In this document: in pieces, positions 45,983 through 56,719 of the stretch
Layout: every line of letters begins with the position of its first letter
Position numbering within the stretch: position 1 is the first letter of the stretch
DNA from: a bacterium
GTDB taxonomy: Bacteria; Babelota; Babeliae; Babelales; RVW-14
NCBI GenBank assembly: GCA_043822925.1
Contig: JBDRBF010000002.1
Span: 14,562-78,561 of the forward strand
Length of the DNA stretch: 64,000 nt
Reading direction: 5' to 3'
Made by a program: the position numbers and the translations under genes
Notes under the pieces: generated by a model
The model's database searches: none
The model's input: the letters and a program-made list of their open reading frames with translations, nothing else
What the model was told of the DNA's origin: nothing

Positions 45983-46941
45983 AAAATAAACTGACGGCTT
46001 TTTACCTGATTATATCGTTTGTTTTTCATACGATGGTCATTCTTTTGTTCGCCCTTTTTTATGATACCAGTGTTATTAATAAAAATTTTATTGTTTTTGG
46101 TGCGCATTCGAGTAAGCCAAGCCATGCTATTTATAGGCAAGGTAAGCCGGTGCCATTTGTTGGTGGACGTTCAGGGCGAGCGGTACAAGGGCGTAAACCT
46201 ACGCGATATTCAAAAAAATCACAGAAAAAAAGTGTCGTAAAAAAACAGGTAAAGCAGGTAAAGCAAAAAAAACAGTTAAAAAAGATATGTGTAAAAAAAA
46301 TCGCGTCAAAAGTTAAAGATCTTGAAGTTCCTAAGGAGTCTGGTAAGAAAAAAAAGGCGGACAAGATACAAAAAAAGATTATAGAAAAAGACGAGCAAAA
46401 AGAAGAGATTTTGAATCCTAAAAAACAGCAGAAAAAAGAACAGAAAGAAAAAAATGAAAAAGAGCTCGAGAAACAGATAGCGCTTGAGAAAAAACAGGAA
46501 GAGCTAAAAAACAAACAAAAAGAAGTAGAGAATAACGAAGAAAAAGAAGTAGAGCCGGAGCAAGAACCAGGGGAGCTCGATGAGGACAAAAGTTCTCTCG
46601 AAGAAGGGACTGATGGTCTGGATTCTGGATCTGAAGAATGGAATGATCAAGACACGTTGCAGTTTTCATTACAGTCAGGGTCTGATCCAGAAATGTTTAA
46701 GTATCAAGAGTGTATTCAACAGGAGGTTCTTCGTTTATGGCGGCCCCCTGTTGGTGTGTCAAAAAACACAGAAATTCGAGCGTTTTTCTATGTTAATAAA
46801 GCTGGATATGTTGAGAGATTTGAAATTATTAAGAAATCAAATGTTCTTATCTATGATTTAAGTATTTTACGTGTTGCGAAAAAGTTTTTATTTGATAAAT
46901 GCTTATGGGGCAAGAAGTTTACTATTGATTTTCGTCAGTAG
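45979..46941 (+). CDS. TolA/TonB-like protein (TM anchor, K/E-rich spacer, C-terminal TonB-type domain)
   Basis: Position between tolR and tolB. N-terminal TM helix, lysine/glutamate low-complexity region, and a C-terminal ~90-aa globular part. Confidence 0.6.
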   Translation: MKNKLTAFYLIISFVFHTMVILLFALFYDTSVINKNFIVFGAHSSKPSHAIYRQGKPVPFVGGRSGRAVQGRKPTRYSKKSQKKSVVKKQVKQVKQKKQLKKICVKKIASKVKDLEVPKESGKKKKADKIQKKIIEKDEQKEEILNPKKQQKKEQKEKNEKELEKQIALEKKQEELKNKQKEVENNEEKEVEPEQEPGELDEDKSSLEEGTDGLDSGSEEWNDQDTLQFSLQSGSDPEMFKYQECIQQEVLRLWRPPVGVSKNTEIRAFFYVNKAGYVERFEIIKKSNVLIYDLSILRVAKKFLFDKCLWGKKFTIDFRQ

Positions 46942-47019
46942 TTGATTGTATGCTGTGTAATCTTTTACATTGTAAGAACGAGTGCGATAGGGGCCCAGGA
47001 TGACAATTGGAGAAATTTT

Positions 47020-48498
47020 ATGACGTTAGTAAAAAACATGGCCTTATTGTTTTGTACGCTGAGCGCGTGCATATTTGGGGCTGCATTAAGTGGCGCTGAA
47101 AATATAATTAAAAAACCCTGTGGTCTTGTGTCTTTGGATAAAAAAGATAAATGCTTCGACAAGCTCAGCACGAGCGCGACGGGTGACGCAACACAAAAAG
47201 ATCTATCGTTTCAGGTAAGTGCAGGGGCTAGTTCTTATAAGCCGGTAAACATACAGGCTTTATGTGTTGGTCAAAATAAAGACCTTGAGGCGCTGGCTAA
47301 TATCGTGAAGTTTGATTTAGATTTTACGGATCAATTATTAGTAGATATTAAACGTATAGATAAAATCCCGAATGAAAAAAATGTTAAAGAGTTTGCAAAA
47401 TACAAAAAAACAATAGAAAAACTGTTTAATGACGAGACGTCTTTGTGTATGTATTTTAGGTTAGCTGTTCCTAAGCAGGACAAACTTAAGAAATTTGTGA
47501 ACATTACGATTAAAGATACGTCGTCTGATGAGTCTGTTTTCGATAGAACCTTTTCTTATGCAGATGCGTCTTTGATTTTTGATGCGCATTCTATTTCTCA
47601 AGCAATAATTCCAGTGCTGACGGGCCAAGATGGTATTTGTTTAAGTAGTTTTGCATTTTGCAAGCAGCTTTCTTCAAAAAAGAAGGTTATTTGCATTACT
47701 GATTATATGTGCAAGAAAGAAAAAATTATTGTTCCTCATTGTGGGATTAATGTTGCTCCTCGTTGGCACAGTCAGGCAGGATATCTTTTCTATTCACAAT
47801 TTTTGCGTGCGAGTTGTCAGCTTGTGTCCCTTAATATAAAAAATAAAACAGAAAAAATTATTTGTTCATATGATGGCTTAAATATGCAGCCATCATTTTC
47901 TCCTGATGGTATTCAGGTTGCGTTATGTATGTCGGGTGGGGGTGAGAACTCTGAACTTTATTTATATGATCAGCGGGTTTGCAAGCAACTTAAGAAGAGA
48001 GTTTTTAAGCAGATAACGAAAAATAAAGGTAATAACTCGTCACCGTGTTTGTTGCCTAACGGTGATATTGTTTTTTGTTCAGATTTTCAAACAGGAAGTC
48101 CCCAGTTATATTATTATCGTAAGTTAGATGGTCGGACCGTGCGATTATCCAGCGGTGTTGGGTATAGTGCTGCGCCGTCATATAGTGAAGCGAATAATGC
48201 GATAGCATATACGCGTCTTGTGAATAAAACATTTCAATTGTTTACGATGTCTTTTACTGAGCACGGTGTTGTTGAAAAGCAGTGTACATTTGGTTCAGGG
48301 GATAAGCTTGATGCTACGTGGTCTCCTTGCGGGCGGTACATAGCCTTTACTTATGATCATAAAAATGAAAAAACGAATAAGATGATCCCTCAAATAGGGG
48401 TACTTAACTGCCGTAGTGGGAATATTCGGGTTTTAACGCATAGTAAATTTCCTAAGAGTTTTCCTTGTTGGAGTGCAAATCCATATTTTCAACTTTAA
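47020..48498 (+). CDS. tolB: Tol-Pal system beta-propeller protein TolB
   Basis: Repeated SPDG/WSPCG propeller motifs. ATG 47020 follows GGAG. The N-terminus ends LFCTLSACIFG (lipobox-like). Confidence 0.8.
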   Translation: MTLVKNMALLFCTLSACIFGAALSGAENIIKKPCGLVSLDKKDKCFDKLSTSATGDATQKDLSFQVSAGASSYKPVNIQALCVGQNKDLEALANIVKFDLDFTDQLLVDIKRIDKIPNEKNVKEFAKYKKTIEKLFNDETSLCMYFRLAVPKQDKLKKFVNITIKDTSSDESVFDRTFSYADASLIFDAHSISQAIIPVLTGQDGICLSSFAFCKQLSSKKKVICITDYMCKKEKIIVPHCGINVAPRWHSQAGYLFYSQFLRASCQLVSLNIKNKTEKIICSYDGLNMQPSFSPDGIQVALCMSGGGENSELYLYDQRVCKQLKKRVFKQITKNKGNNSSPCLLPNGDIVFCSDFQTGSPQLYYYRKLDGRTVRLSSGVGYSAAPSYSEANNAIAYTRLVNKTFQLFTMSFTEHGVVEKQCTFGSGDKLDATWSPCGRYIAFTYDHKNEKTNKMIPQIGVLNCRSGNIRVLTHSKFPKSFPCWSANPYFQL

Positions 48499-48633
48499 AA
48501 AGTAATTGGTTTTTCTATTTTCTGGTTTTATTGGGATTTATTTATTAGAATAATACTATTAATAGTGGGTTTATCATTACTATTTTGGGTGTATTTTAGA
48601 GTTTAAAAAATAAGCGAAAATGAGTGTTGAGAC

Positions 48634-50616
48634 ATGAAAAAAGATTCAAAGAATAATAATCAAGATAATAGTCGAAAAAACAAGAATTTCCCTCAAAAAG
48701 GGCCAAATGCTGTATGGCTTCTGCTTTTGTTGCTAGCTGTGGGGACGGCCTATTTGTTTTGGTACAATAGTGTTAATCGAGATGTTGATCAAGTAACGTT
48801 TTCTAAGTTGCTTGCGCAGGTCCAAGCTAATCAGGTTAAAAGCATTAAAATGCAGGAACGCTTCGTCCAGGGCTCGTATCAAGATGGCAAAAAGTTTACT
48901 GGTTATGTTGAGCCTACACCGAAGTTTTGGGATTTGTTGGCCGAACATCGTGTAGATGTTGAAATATTCCCTCAAGAGAAGCAGTCTTGGGGAGGGTATC
49001 TCTTTTTGCTTTTGTTACCATTTATACTACTTTTTGTGTTCTTTTATTTTAAACAAAGCCAGAGTGGTGGTGGCGGTGGCGGCGGTAAGATTTTCAGTAT
49101 GGGTAAGAGTAAAGCAAAGTTTTTCTCCCCAAATACAGTGAATATTACATTTAAAGACGTTGCCGGTGTTACTGAAGCAAAAGATGACTTAAAAGATATT
49201 ATCGAATTTTTAAAAAGTCCGGAAAAATTTGAACGTTTAGGGGCTAAAATACCTCGTGGTGTATTGTTGACTGGTGCGCCAGGTAACGGTAAAACAATGT
49301 TGGCTAAAGCAGTTGCTGGGGAAGCAAGTTGTCCATTTTTTAGCATTAGCGGGTCTGATTTTGTTGAAGTGTTTGTTGGTGTTGGAGCGTCTCGTGTTCG
49401 AGATTTGTTCTTGCAAGCACGTAAGCATGCGCCATGTATCGTTTTTATAGATGAAATAGATGCTGTTGGTAGGCAACGTGGTATTGGTCTTGGTGGTGGT
49501 AACGATGAACGCGAACAGACGTTGAATCAGTTACTTGCTGAAATGGACGGGTTTTCTACTGAGCGTGGAGCTGTAATAGTTCTGGCTGCAACAAATAGGC
49601 CTGATGTTCTTGATAGTGCTTTGTTACGACCAGGCCGTTTTGACCGTGTTATTGAGGTGCCATATCCAGATCTTGAAAGCAGAGAACAAATTTTAAAAGT
49701 TCACGCAACTAAAGTAACACTGGATAAAGAAGTAGATCTTCGTAGAATAGCACGTGGTACTCCAGGTTTTAGTGGCGCCGATCTTGAAAATATTATTAAC
49801 GAAGCTGCTCTTTTGGCCTCAAAATTTAATGAAAAGACGATTACTTCGAAATATTTTGAAAAAGCTCGAGATAAGATAATTTTAGGGGCTGAAAGAAAAA
49901 CTTTGGTTTTAACTGATGACGAAAAGCGTATGACCGCATATCATGAAGCTGGACATACGATGCTTAATCTTTTATTAAGTGAAACTGATCCCTTTCATAA
50001 AGCGAGCATTATTCCTCGTGGGCGAGCTCTTGGTGTTTCTTGGTCTTTACCTGAGAAAGATAAGTATTCTCGTACAAAGAGCGAAATGCTTGCTCGCATT
50101 ACGCTGTCGTTTGGCGGGTTGCTTGCCGAGGAGCTTGTTTTCAATAATCAAACGAGCGGGGCTTCTAATGATATTCAAGAAGCAACTAAAACAGCTCGTG
50201 CGATGGTGCGTCAGTATGGCATGTCTGATTTGGGGCCTATAGATTTTAAAGTATCTATGGAGCATCCATATCTTGGCAGAGACATTCAAAGTACGCGTGA
50301 GTTTTCAGAGAAAACAGCTGAGGCTATCGATGTACAGGTGAAAAAGATCTTGGATGAGAGTTATCAGCGAGGTAAAAAGCTTTTAAGTGATAATCTTGAT
50401 AAGCTTAAGTTACTTGCTGAAACGCTCTTTGAAAAAGAAACGTTATATGCACATGAAGTGTATGAGCTTTTACATATAACGCCACGAGCAGATCATCGTT
50501 TTGCTTCTGATGCAGAAAAAGAAGAAGAGTTGGCTAAAAGAGAGGCAAATTTTGAGAGCGAGGGTCGAGATTTCAAGCAAGATCCTAAGTCTGAAACGAA
50601 GCAAGAAGATGAGTAA
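48634..50616 (+). CDS. ftsH: ATP-dependent zinc metalloprotease FtsH
   Basis: GAPGNGKT Walker A, DEIDAVG, HEAGH zinc site. Confidence 0.95.
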   Translation: MKKDSKNNNQDNSRKNKNFPQKGPNAVWLLLLLLAVGTAYLFWYNSVNRDVDQVTFSKLLAQVQANQVKSIKMQERFVQGSYQDGKKFTGYVEPTPKFWDLLAEHRVDVEIFPQEKQSWGGYLFLLLLPFILLFVFFYFKQSQSGGGGGGGKIFSMGKSKAKFFSPNTVNITFKDVAGVTEAKDDLKDIIEFLKSPEKFERLGAKIPRGVLLTGAPGNGKTMLAKAVAGEASCPFFSISGSDFVEVFVGVGASRVRDLFLQARKHAPCIVFIDEIDAVGRQRGIGLGGGNDEREQTLNQLLAEMDGFSTERGAVIVLAATNRPDVLDSALLRPGRFDRVIEVPYPDLESREQILKVHATKVTLDKEVDLRRIARGTPGFSGADLENIINEAALLASKFNEKTITSKYFEKARDKIILGAERKTLVLTDDEKRMTAYHEAGHTMLNLLLSETDPFHKASIIPRGRALGVSWSLPEKDKYSRTKSEMLARITLSFGGLLAEELVFNNQTSGASNDIQEATKTARAMVRQYGMSDLGPIDFKVSMEHPYLGRDIQSTREFSEKTAEAIDVQVKKILDESYQRGKKLLSDNLDKLKLLAETLFEKETLYAHEVYELLHITPRADHRFASDAEKEEELAKREANFESEGRDFKQDPKSETKQEDE

Positions 50617-50743
50617 GTAAGTTTTCTAACAGCAATATTAAGCGGTTTTATTCTTATTGCTTTAAAAAAACTGAGCTTTTGCTAAAATATCTTTTATTAT
50701 TGATTACTAATTAATGTTATGAGAGTGAAAGGACCTAAGAACA

Positions 50744-50941
50744 ATGTCAAAAATCTGCATGTTGTGCGAAAAAAGACCACGTACTGTTAATAATGTAAGT
50801 AATGCGAATAATAAAACGATTCGCTGGGTGTATCCCAATGTTCATGTAATGCGTTTTAGTGTTAAAGGGCAAAAGACTGTTCAACGTGGTCCTGTTTGCA
50901 CAAAGTGTGTCAAAGCTGGTAAAGTTGAAAAAGTAATATAA
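50744..50941 (+). CDS. rpmB: 50S ribosomal protein L28
   Basis: MSKICMLCEKRPRTVNNVSNANNKT pattern; 65 aa. Confidence 0.9.
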   Translation: MSKICMLCEKRPRTVNNVSNANNKTIRWVYPNVHVMRFSVKGQKTVQRGPVCTKCVKAGKVEKVI

Positions 50942-50960
50942 AAATATCAAGAGTAATATA

Positions 50961-51227
50961 ATGGCAAATTTAAAATCGTCTAAGAAAAACGTACTGACAA
51001 GTGAAAAGCGTCGTAAAAACAATCTTGGCAGAAAATCTGAAATTAAAACATTAGCTAAAAAAGTTTTGGATGCTCTTGCTGCTAACAATATTGAATTAGC
51101 AAAAGAAATGTTGAGAGCGACCGAAGCGAAAGTTGCACGCGCTACTGGAAAACGTGTAATCAAAAAAAATACTGGCATGAGAAAAGTTAGTCGTTTAGCA
51201 AAAAAAGTCGCAGCGGCACAAAAATAA
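50961..51227 (+). CDS. rpsT: 30S ribosomal protein S20
   Basis: MANLKSSKKNVLTSEKRRKNN...; 88 aa, basic. Confidence 0.9.
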   Translation: MANLKSSKKNVLTSEKRRKNNLGRKSEIKTLAKKVLDALAANNIELAKEMLRATEAKVARATGKRVIKKNTGMRKVSRLAKKVAAAQK

Positions 51228-51291
51228 GCATAGTTCTTTCTATAAAAAGGTAGAAATGAGTAAATGGGGGATAACGTAACGTAATGAGGGT

Positions 51292-51894
51292 ATGAAGATG
51301 ATGAGAACAGGCGAACTTGTCGTTGTGGTTGATTCGGTAGAAGAAGCAGTAAAATTTTACACCGAAAAACTGGGCTTTGATATTGTTGAGCTTGTTGAAG
51401 ATCAAACAGATCCTCGAACACTTGGGTTTGCGCAGTTGCGTAAAAGTAAGTGCGGCGTTGTCTTCCGTAAGCCGTTGGTAGAAGAATTTGCTGAATTTAG
51501 TTTTATTAAGCGCTGCTTAAGTCGCTGTGTTGGTCTTTCTTTGGAAGTAAACAAAGGCATTGAAAAATTGTTTACGCGATGTTCAAAAAAAGGCATCGAT
51601 ATTGTACATGCTCTTGCCGATGATCCTAAGAGAAAAATAAAATTTTTTACCGTAAAAGATCCGTTTGGTATAAAACTTGAATTTATGCAAGCCCTTGAGG
51701 GTGCATCAAGTAAGCCTAGTTTGAATTTTCATGGTCTTTATATTAATGAACAAGATCTTAAAAAACTTTCTGAAACTGAAGAAGTACTGGTCGACAAAAT
51801 GGTCGATGTGCTTAAAAAGTTTGGCATTTTACGGCGAGCAGCAAAGAAGCATGCAAAAATACATCTTAAGCGGTTGGCAAAGAAAGTTTCTTAG
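51292..51894 (+). CDS. VOC/glyoxalase-fold protein with a basic C-terminal tail
   Basis: The N-terminal VVVVDSVEEAVKFYTEKLGFDIV pattern is typical of glyoxalase/bleomycin-resistance folds. Assignment is weak. Confidence 0.45.
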   Translation: MKMMRTGELVVVVDSVEEAVKFYTEKLGFDIVELVEDQTDPRTLGFAQLRKSKCGVVFRKPLVEEFAEFSFIKRCLSRCVGLSLEVNKGIEKLFTRCSKKGIDIVHALADDPKRKIKFFTVKDPFGIKLEFMQALEGASSKPSLNFHGLYINEQDLKKLSETEEVLVDKMVDVLKKFGILRRAAKKHAKIHLKRLAKKVS

Positions 51895-53369
51895 ATTAGA
51901 GAAAGTACTCGAGATTTTAGTTCTTCCAGATTAGTAACGCCCTCTTCAATTTGAATTCGATACGCTTCTTTCAAGAGCTCACCAAGTTGTTTTCCCGGTT
52001 TAATATGCTCAAGAAGATGGCGACCCATTAAGATAGCAGGCTCAGGTTCATTCAGAACCTGGGCCTTTTCTGCTTCTACTAAAAAATTTTTGTAGGTTTG
52101 GTTGCACCCCGTTAGAGGCTCAGAGCTTTCTGCGTTTCGTGCTCGCCCATCGGCAAGTGTAAGCAGTGCCAGTTGCCTCAAATTTACTTCTGGTGCAAGT
52201 TTTTTGGCCAGACGTTTATATGCGTTTGGGTTGGCTTTGCTTTTGGTGTCAATGAAGCTTGCGGGTAACATATGCGCAGCGACAAGTTTGCAGGTTGCAT
52301 CAATTAAGAAAGTATCTCGAGTGAAACGTTTTAAGAGTTTTTTTGCTATTTTTATGCCTTCTTGGTCATGCTTTTTGCAGCTTAAATCTGTATCTACGGT
52401 GATAGGTTTGCCCAGATCATGACACAGTGCCGCTATCATGATCAAAAACTTCTCGTCTTCTTGAGATAAACTTTCGTTTTCTTGATATAGGTTAATAATC
52501 GCAGCAGCATCAAGAGCCTGCATCGTATGTTCAAAGACGTCACCTTCCGGGTGATATTCAGGCTTTTGGGGTACGCCTATTAACGCATGTATTTCTGGAA
52601 ATAATTCTTGTAGGCGTCCAATATCGTTTAGCCACCTAAAGCCCAGAGATGGTCTACGAGACTTTAAAAATAATTTTTTAATTTCTTCGTATACCCGTTC
52701 TTTGGCTACTGGTTTTTGTGTTACTGGGTCGTTCAGATTAATTTTTGTGCATATTTCTTGTAATGTGTTGTCTGGGTACATTTCAAAACGTCCAATAAAT
52801 TGCATGACGCGATAAAATCTTAGAGGGTCTTCCAGAAATAATTTGGTATCGACGGCTCTTAGTTTTTTATCCTGCATGTCTTTTAGGCCCCCATAGGGGT
52901 CGATTATTTCTAAGCCAATATTTTTATAGTTATTAGTTTTGGATGCTTTTTGGTAAATACTTTCGAAATTTTTACTTAAGAGATTAAGATTTATAGCCAT
53001 GGCGTTCATGGTTAAATCGCGCCGACGCATGGCTTGTTCGATTGTTAAACTTGGGTCAATCGTGACGATCGGCTTGCGGCCCAGGCTATCTGTACGGGGT
53101 AACGACCAATCTATATCAAGTGTAAGTAAGCGCAGGACGCCAAACTTTTTGCCGACTAATTTTAGTGGTCCAAATTTTTTAAGAACAGCTTCAAGCTGCT
53201 CAAGCGTAAGTCCGTGTACTTCTATATCGAAATCTTTTACATGCCGGTCAAGCACCAAATCACGCACGCTCCCTCCAACGACATACGCCGTGCCTCCGGC
53301 AGCATCTATGCTATTTATAATGCGCAAAATGCTTTTGCAGGTATCAAGAAATGATATGAGATTGTTCAT
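51891..53369 (-). CDS. cca: CCA-adding tRNA nucleotidyltransferase with HD domain
   Basis: GGSVRDLVL, RRDLTMNAM, HD motif LCHDLGK. Confidence 0.85.
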   Translation of the reverse strand: MNNLISFLDTCKSILRIINSIDAAGGTAYVVGGSVRDLVLDRHVKDFDIEVHGLTLEQLEAVLKKFGPLKLVGKKFGVLRLLTLDIDWSLPRTDSLGRKPIVTIDPSLTIEQAMRRRDLTMNAMAINLNLLSKNFESIYQKASKTNNYKNIGLEIIDPYGGLKDMQDKKLRAVDTKLFLEDPLRFYRVMQFIGRFEMYPDNTLQEICTKINLNDPVTQKPVAKERVYEEIKKLFLKSRRPSLGFRWLNDIGRLQELFPEIHALIGVPQKPEYHPEGDVFEHTMQALDAAAIINLYQENESLSQEDEKFLIMIAALCHDLGKPITVDTDLSCKKHDQEGIKIAKKLLKRFTRDTFLIDATCKLVAAHMLPASFIDTKSKANPNAYKRLAKKLAPEVNLRQLALLTLADGRARNAESSEPLTGCNQTYKNFLVEAEKAQVLNEPEPAILMGRHLLEHIKPGKQLGELLKEAYRIQIEEGVTNLEELKSRVLSLI

Positions 53370-53451
53370 AAAACCCTCATAACGGTATATTAGTTTTAAT
53401 ATTAGGTGTTAAAATATATGTATAAAAAAGCATAGCACATTACGCAATTAC

Positions 53452-53479
53452 TTGCAGTTTTTTGGGTTTTTTATAGAAT
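53452..53479 (+). promoter_or_regulatory. Possible sigma70-type promoter for tRNA-Ala
   Basis: TTGCAG, 16-nt spacer, TAGAAT, about 25 nt upstream of the tRNA. Confidence 0.35.
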
Positions 53480-53504
53480 GATAACTGTTTCAAAAAGAAA
53501 TTTT

Positions 53505-53580
53505 GGGGCTATAGCTCAGATGGTAGAGCGCTTGAATGGCATTCAAGAGGTCACCGGTTCGATCCCGGTTAGCTCCACCA
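53505..53580 (+). tRNA. tRNA-Ala (anticodon GGC), CCA encoded
   Basis: GGGGCTA acceptor stem with G3:U70, anticodon loop ATGGCAT, GGTTCGATCCC T-arm, and terminal CCACCA. Confidence 0.92.
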
Positions 53581-53675
53581 TCCTACGCTCTTCGCCAAAA
53601 GGCTTGTAGCTACGGATGGCAGGCCACCTAGGCTAAAGCTTCGGATGTACAGGACGAAGAACGGGATGGTAGGGT
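53578..53675 (+). repeat. Longer imperfect palindromic element abutting the tRNA-Ala 3' end
   Basis: CCATCCTACGCTCTTCG...AGGCTAAAGCTTCGG...CGAAGAACGGGATGGTAGGG. The arms are imperfect inverted repeats, and the interior is shared with the element at 19604-19648. Confidence 0.4.
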
Positions 53676-53706
53676 ACAGTTCCAAAATATTTTCGGGAAA
53701 CATGTA

Positions 53707-54240
53707 ATGAAGTCAAAGAAGCTTAAAAATGGCCTTCTTTTTTACCGATACTTGTTTTCATTCGGTCTTTTTTTCAGCACTTTAATCTATTTAATTATAT
53801 CTTTTGGTTTGGGCAAGGGTTTTTATCTTATGCTTCTTTCCTGGAGCTTATATATCTTATGTTTGCCTGCAGCGCATGGGCAATTACTGATAGGGTACCC
53901 CGTTTATGCGCTTTTTCGTGTTTCTTTTTATATTGAAGCATATTTGTGGCTTATAGCTGTTTTGTTTAATCTATATACGTATTTTTGTGTCCCTGGTGCG
54001 TATATGTCATTTGCGCCGACTCATCTTTTATTTCGAATAATATCTGCGCCAAACCCATATTGGCTTATTATAGCTATTTCTGCTTTGGGCACGTTTTATA
54101 ACGTTATGGCTAGATTAGGGTACTTTTATAAAAAAGCTTATAAGCATGTCTTTACGCGTTATATTCTTGTTTTAGGCGGTTTTTTGACCTTTTTCTATTT
54201 GGCCTATCAAGAAATTATTATCGTTCTCAATTCTTTCTGA
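53707..54240 (+). CDS. Polytopic membrane protein, unknown function
   Basis: 177 aa with about five hydrophobic helices. Confidence 0.5.
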   Translation: MKSKKLKNGLLFYRYLFSFGLFFSTLIYLIISFGLGKGFYLMLLSWSLYILCLPAAHGQLLIGYPVYALFRVSFYIEAYLWLIAVLFNLYTYFCVPGAYMSFAPTHLLFRIISAPNPYWLIIAISALGTFYNVMARLGYFYKKAYKHVFTRYILVLGGFLTFFYLAYQEIIIVLNSF

Positions 54241-54356
54241 GCGTTTAAGGCTATTTTTGAGTAGCTAAAACGCAAAAAATATTTTATAAAGTATGTACTG
54301 GTAAAAATCGAAAAACATTGATCAATTAAACAATTTTTTGTATTTCAGGAGCTTTC

Positions 54357-55520
54357 ATGTTGCATATACCCCTTTCAGGGATAAAAAAGATCGAAGAAGT
54401 AGCTGGAAGCAGTAATGAGTATGTTTCTTTATCTCAGGGGTCAATAAAAGTTGGCGGGATTCCCCAACAAATAAAAGATTATATTCAAGGTCTCATGGCT
54501 ACTGATAAAACTGATTATTATGGCAGCTGCTGGGGTCTGAAGCTTTTGCGAGAAAAATTGTCGACCGTTCTTTCTGCTCGTTACGGGCAAAATATTACAG
54601 CCGGTCAAATATTGCCGACACATGGTTGTATTGGTGGCCTAACTCTTTTGTATATGACGTTACTTGATGCGGGCGATGAAGTTATTATTCCAGAGCCTGC
54701 TTATCCTGCTTATACCACACTTGCAGGTGCTGCTCGTGCTAAACCTGTTTTTGTTTCGTGCGTAAAGGCGGCGAGTAAGTGTTCTCGTCTTGGCTCGGTT
54801 GAATGGGAATTTGATATCGAAAAAATAAAACAAGCGACGACGTCAAAAACGAAGATGATTATTTTCTCAAACCCCTGTAATCCATTAGGGCTTGTTGTTG
54901 GTAAAACTGATTTATTAGAGCTTGTTTCTTGGTGTGAAAAGCACGGGATTTATTTAGTTATAGACGAAGCTTATGGTGATTATGTTTTTGAGGGCGAATT
55001 TTATTCTAGTCTAGAATTTATAAATAAGTCCCAGTGGGTAATTTCGGCTCACACGTTTTCAAAGAATATGGCTTTAAGTGGTTGGCGCATTGGGTACTTA
55101 GTTGTGCCTGAAAAAATTATTGCTGCACTTGCGGGTATGCAAGATGCTCTTTTAAATTGCTTAAATAACACTGCTCAATATGCTGCTATGTTTGCGCTTG
55201 ATTATCCAGAAGTAACGCGTGAATTTGCGCAAAAACTTAAGCTAAATCGTGATTTGGCTATGCAATTATTACAGCCATTAGTAGATCAGAAAATTTTTAC
55301 ATTAGGCCGTAAGCCAGTTGGTGGTTTTTATTTGTTTATTAAAACAGAGCATGAAGACTCTATGGATCTGTGCATGAGTATTTTAAATCAGGCTAAAGTG
55401 GGACTTATTCCTGGACGATCGTTTGGTCAGGCTGGAGCATCGTTTTTGCGTTTGTGTTATGCTCGTGAAACAGATGTTTTACGCGAAGGTATTAATCGTA
55501 TTTTGGGCTATTTTTTATAA
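54357..55520 (+). CDS. Class I/II PLP-dependent aminotransferase (copy 1)
   Basis: PEPAYPAY and the PLP-lysine context FSKNMALSGWRIGY. Confidence 0.85.
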   Translation: MLHIPLSGIKKIEEVAGSSNEYVSLSQGSIKVGGIPQQIKDYIQGLMATDKTDYYGSCWGLKLLREKLSTVLSARYGQNITAGQILPTHGCIGGLTLLYMTLLDAGDEVIIPEPAYPAYTTLAGAARAKPVFVSCVKAASKCSRLGSVEWEFDIEKIKQATTSKTKMIIFSNPCNPLGLVVGKTDLLELVSWCEKHGIYLVIDEAYGDYVFEGEFYSSLEFINKSQWVISAHTFSKNMALSGWRIGYLVVPEKIIAALAGMQDALLNCLNNTAQYAAMFALDYPEVTREFAQKLKLNRDLAMQLLQPLVDQKIFTLGRKPVGGFYLFIKTEHEDSMDLCMSILNQAKVGLIPGRSFGQAGASFLRLCYARETDVLREGINRILGYFL

Positions 55521-55540
55521 TAAAATAAAGGGGTAAGCCC

Positions 55541-56698
55541 ATGTTGCACATGCCTATTTCGACGATCAAAAAGATAGAAGATATTGCAGGAAATAATCCT
55601 GATTATGTTTCTTTGTCTCAGGGATCAGTAAAATTGGGTGGTGTGCCTGAAGAAATACGTGAATATGTACGGCAACAGCTTTTGACTAACAAGACTGATT
55701 ACTATCAAAGTTGTTGGGGGCTCGAGTTATATCGAGAAAAAGTTTCCCAAGTACTGACTCAGAAGTATGGGCAAGAATTTAAAGTAAGCCAAATATTACC
55801 AACACACGGGTGTCAGGGCGGCATAACACTCTTATTTATGACATTACTTGATGCTGATTCAGAAATTATTATTCCAGAGCCTGCATATCCGGCGTATACG
55901 AATATCGCACGTGTTTCGCGTGGAAATATTGTGTATGTGTCTTGTTCTCAAGATACGAGCACGTTAAATATGGTTAATTGGGATTTAGACATAGAAAAGA
56001 TCAAACAGGCAACAACGTCTAAAACAAAAGTAATTTTGTTTTCTAATCCAAGTAATCCTATGGGTATCGTTATTGGTAAACAAAAATTATTAGAATTGGT
56101 TTCTTGGTGTGAAAAGCACGGGATCTATTTAATTGTTGATGAAGCGTATCGAGAATACGTTTTTGATGGTGATTGTTATTCGAGTCTTGAGCTTGTGAAT
56201 AAATCTAAATTTGTTGTTTCTGTGCATACGTTTTCAAAAAGTATGGCTATGATTGGTTGGCGCGTTGGGTATATTGTTGCTCATGAAAAACTTATTACTA
56301 TGCTTGCTGGTATGCAAGATGCGCTTATGAATTGTCTTAATAATGCGTCACAATATGCAGCGCTTTATGCGCTTGATCATCCAGAGTTTACTCAAAAATT
56401 TTTTCAGATAATTAAAAATAATAGAGATTTGGCTATGCATGAGTTGCAGCCGCTCGTTGACCGGGGGATTTTGGCTTTTAAAAAACCAAATGGTGGGATT
56501 TTCTTGTTTCTTAAGACAAATCAGACTGATACAGCAGATTTGTGTATGGATATTTTGAATAAAGCTAAAGTGGGATTAATTCCAGGACGAGCATTTGGCC
56601 CAAGTGGTGCAGCGTCTATTCGTCTTTGTTATTCACGCGAGACAGATGTTTTGTATGAAGGCATAAGCCGTATTCTTGGTTATTTTGCACAAAAATAA
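55541..56698 (+). CDS. Class I/II PLP-dependent aminotransferase (copy 2, tandem paralog)
   Basis: PEPAYPAY and FSKSMAMIGWRVGY. Collinear with copy 1 along the full length. Confidence 0.85.
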   Translation: MLHMPISTIKKIEDIAGNNPDYVSLSQGSVKLGGVPEEIREYVRQQLLTNKTDYYQSCWGLELYREKVSQVLTQKYGQEFKVSQILPTHGCQGGITLLFMTLLDADSEIIIPEPAYPAYTNIARVSRGNIVYVSCSQDTSTLNMVNWDLDIEKIKQATTSKTKVILFSNPSNPMGIVIGKQKLLELVSWCEKHGIYLIVDEAYREYVFDGDCYSSLELVNKSKFVVSVHTFSKSMAMIGWRVGYIVAHEKLITMLAGMQDALMNCLNNASQYAALYALDHPEFTQKFFQIIKNNRDLAMHELQPLVDRGILAFKKPNGGIFLFLKTNQTDTADLCMDILNKAKVGLIPGRAFGPSGAASIRLCYSRETDVLYEGISRILGYFAQK

Positions 56699-56719
56699 AA
56701 ATTATAGGGAGATCGAAAA

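Noticed and set aside
50747-51421. 224-aa minus-strand ORF covering rpmB and rpsT
   Set aside because: The plus-strand genes are unmistakable L28 and S20. The antisense product is low-complexity F/L-rich.
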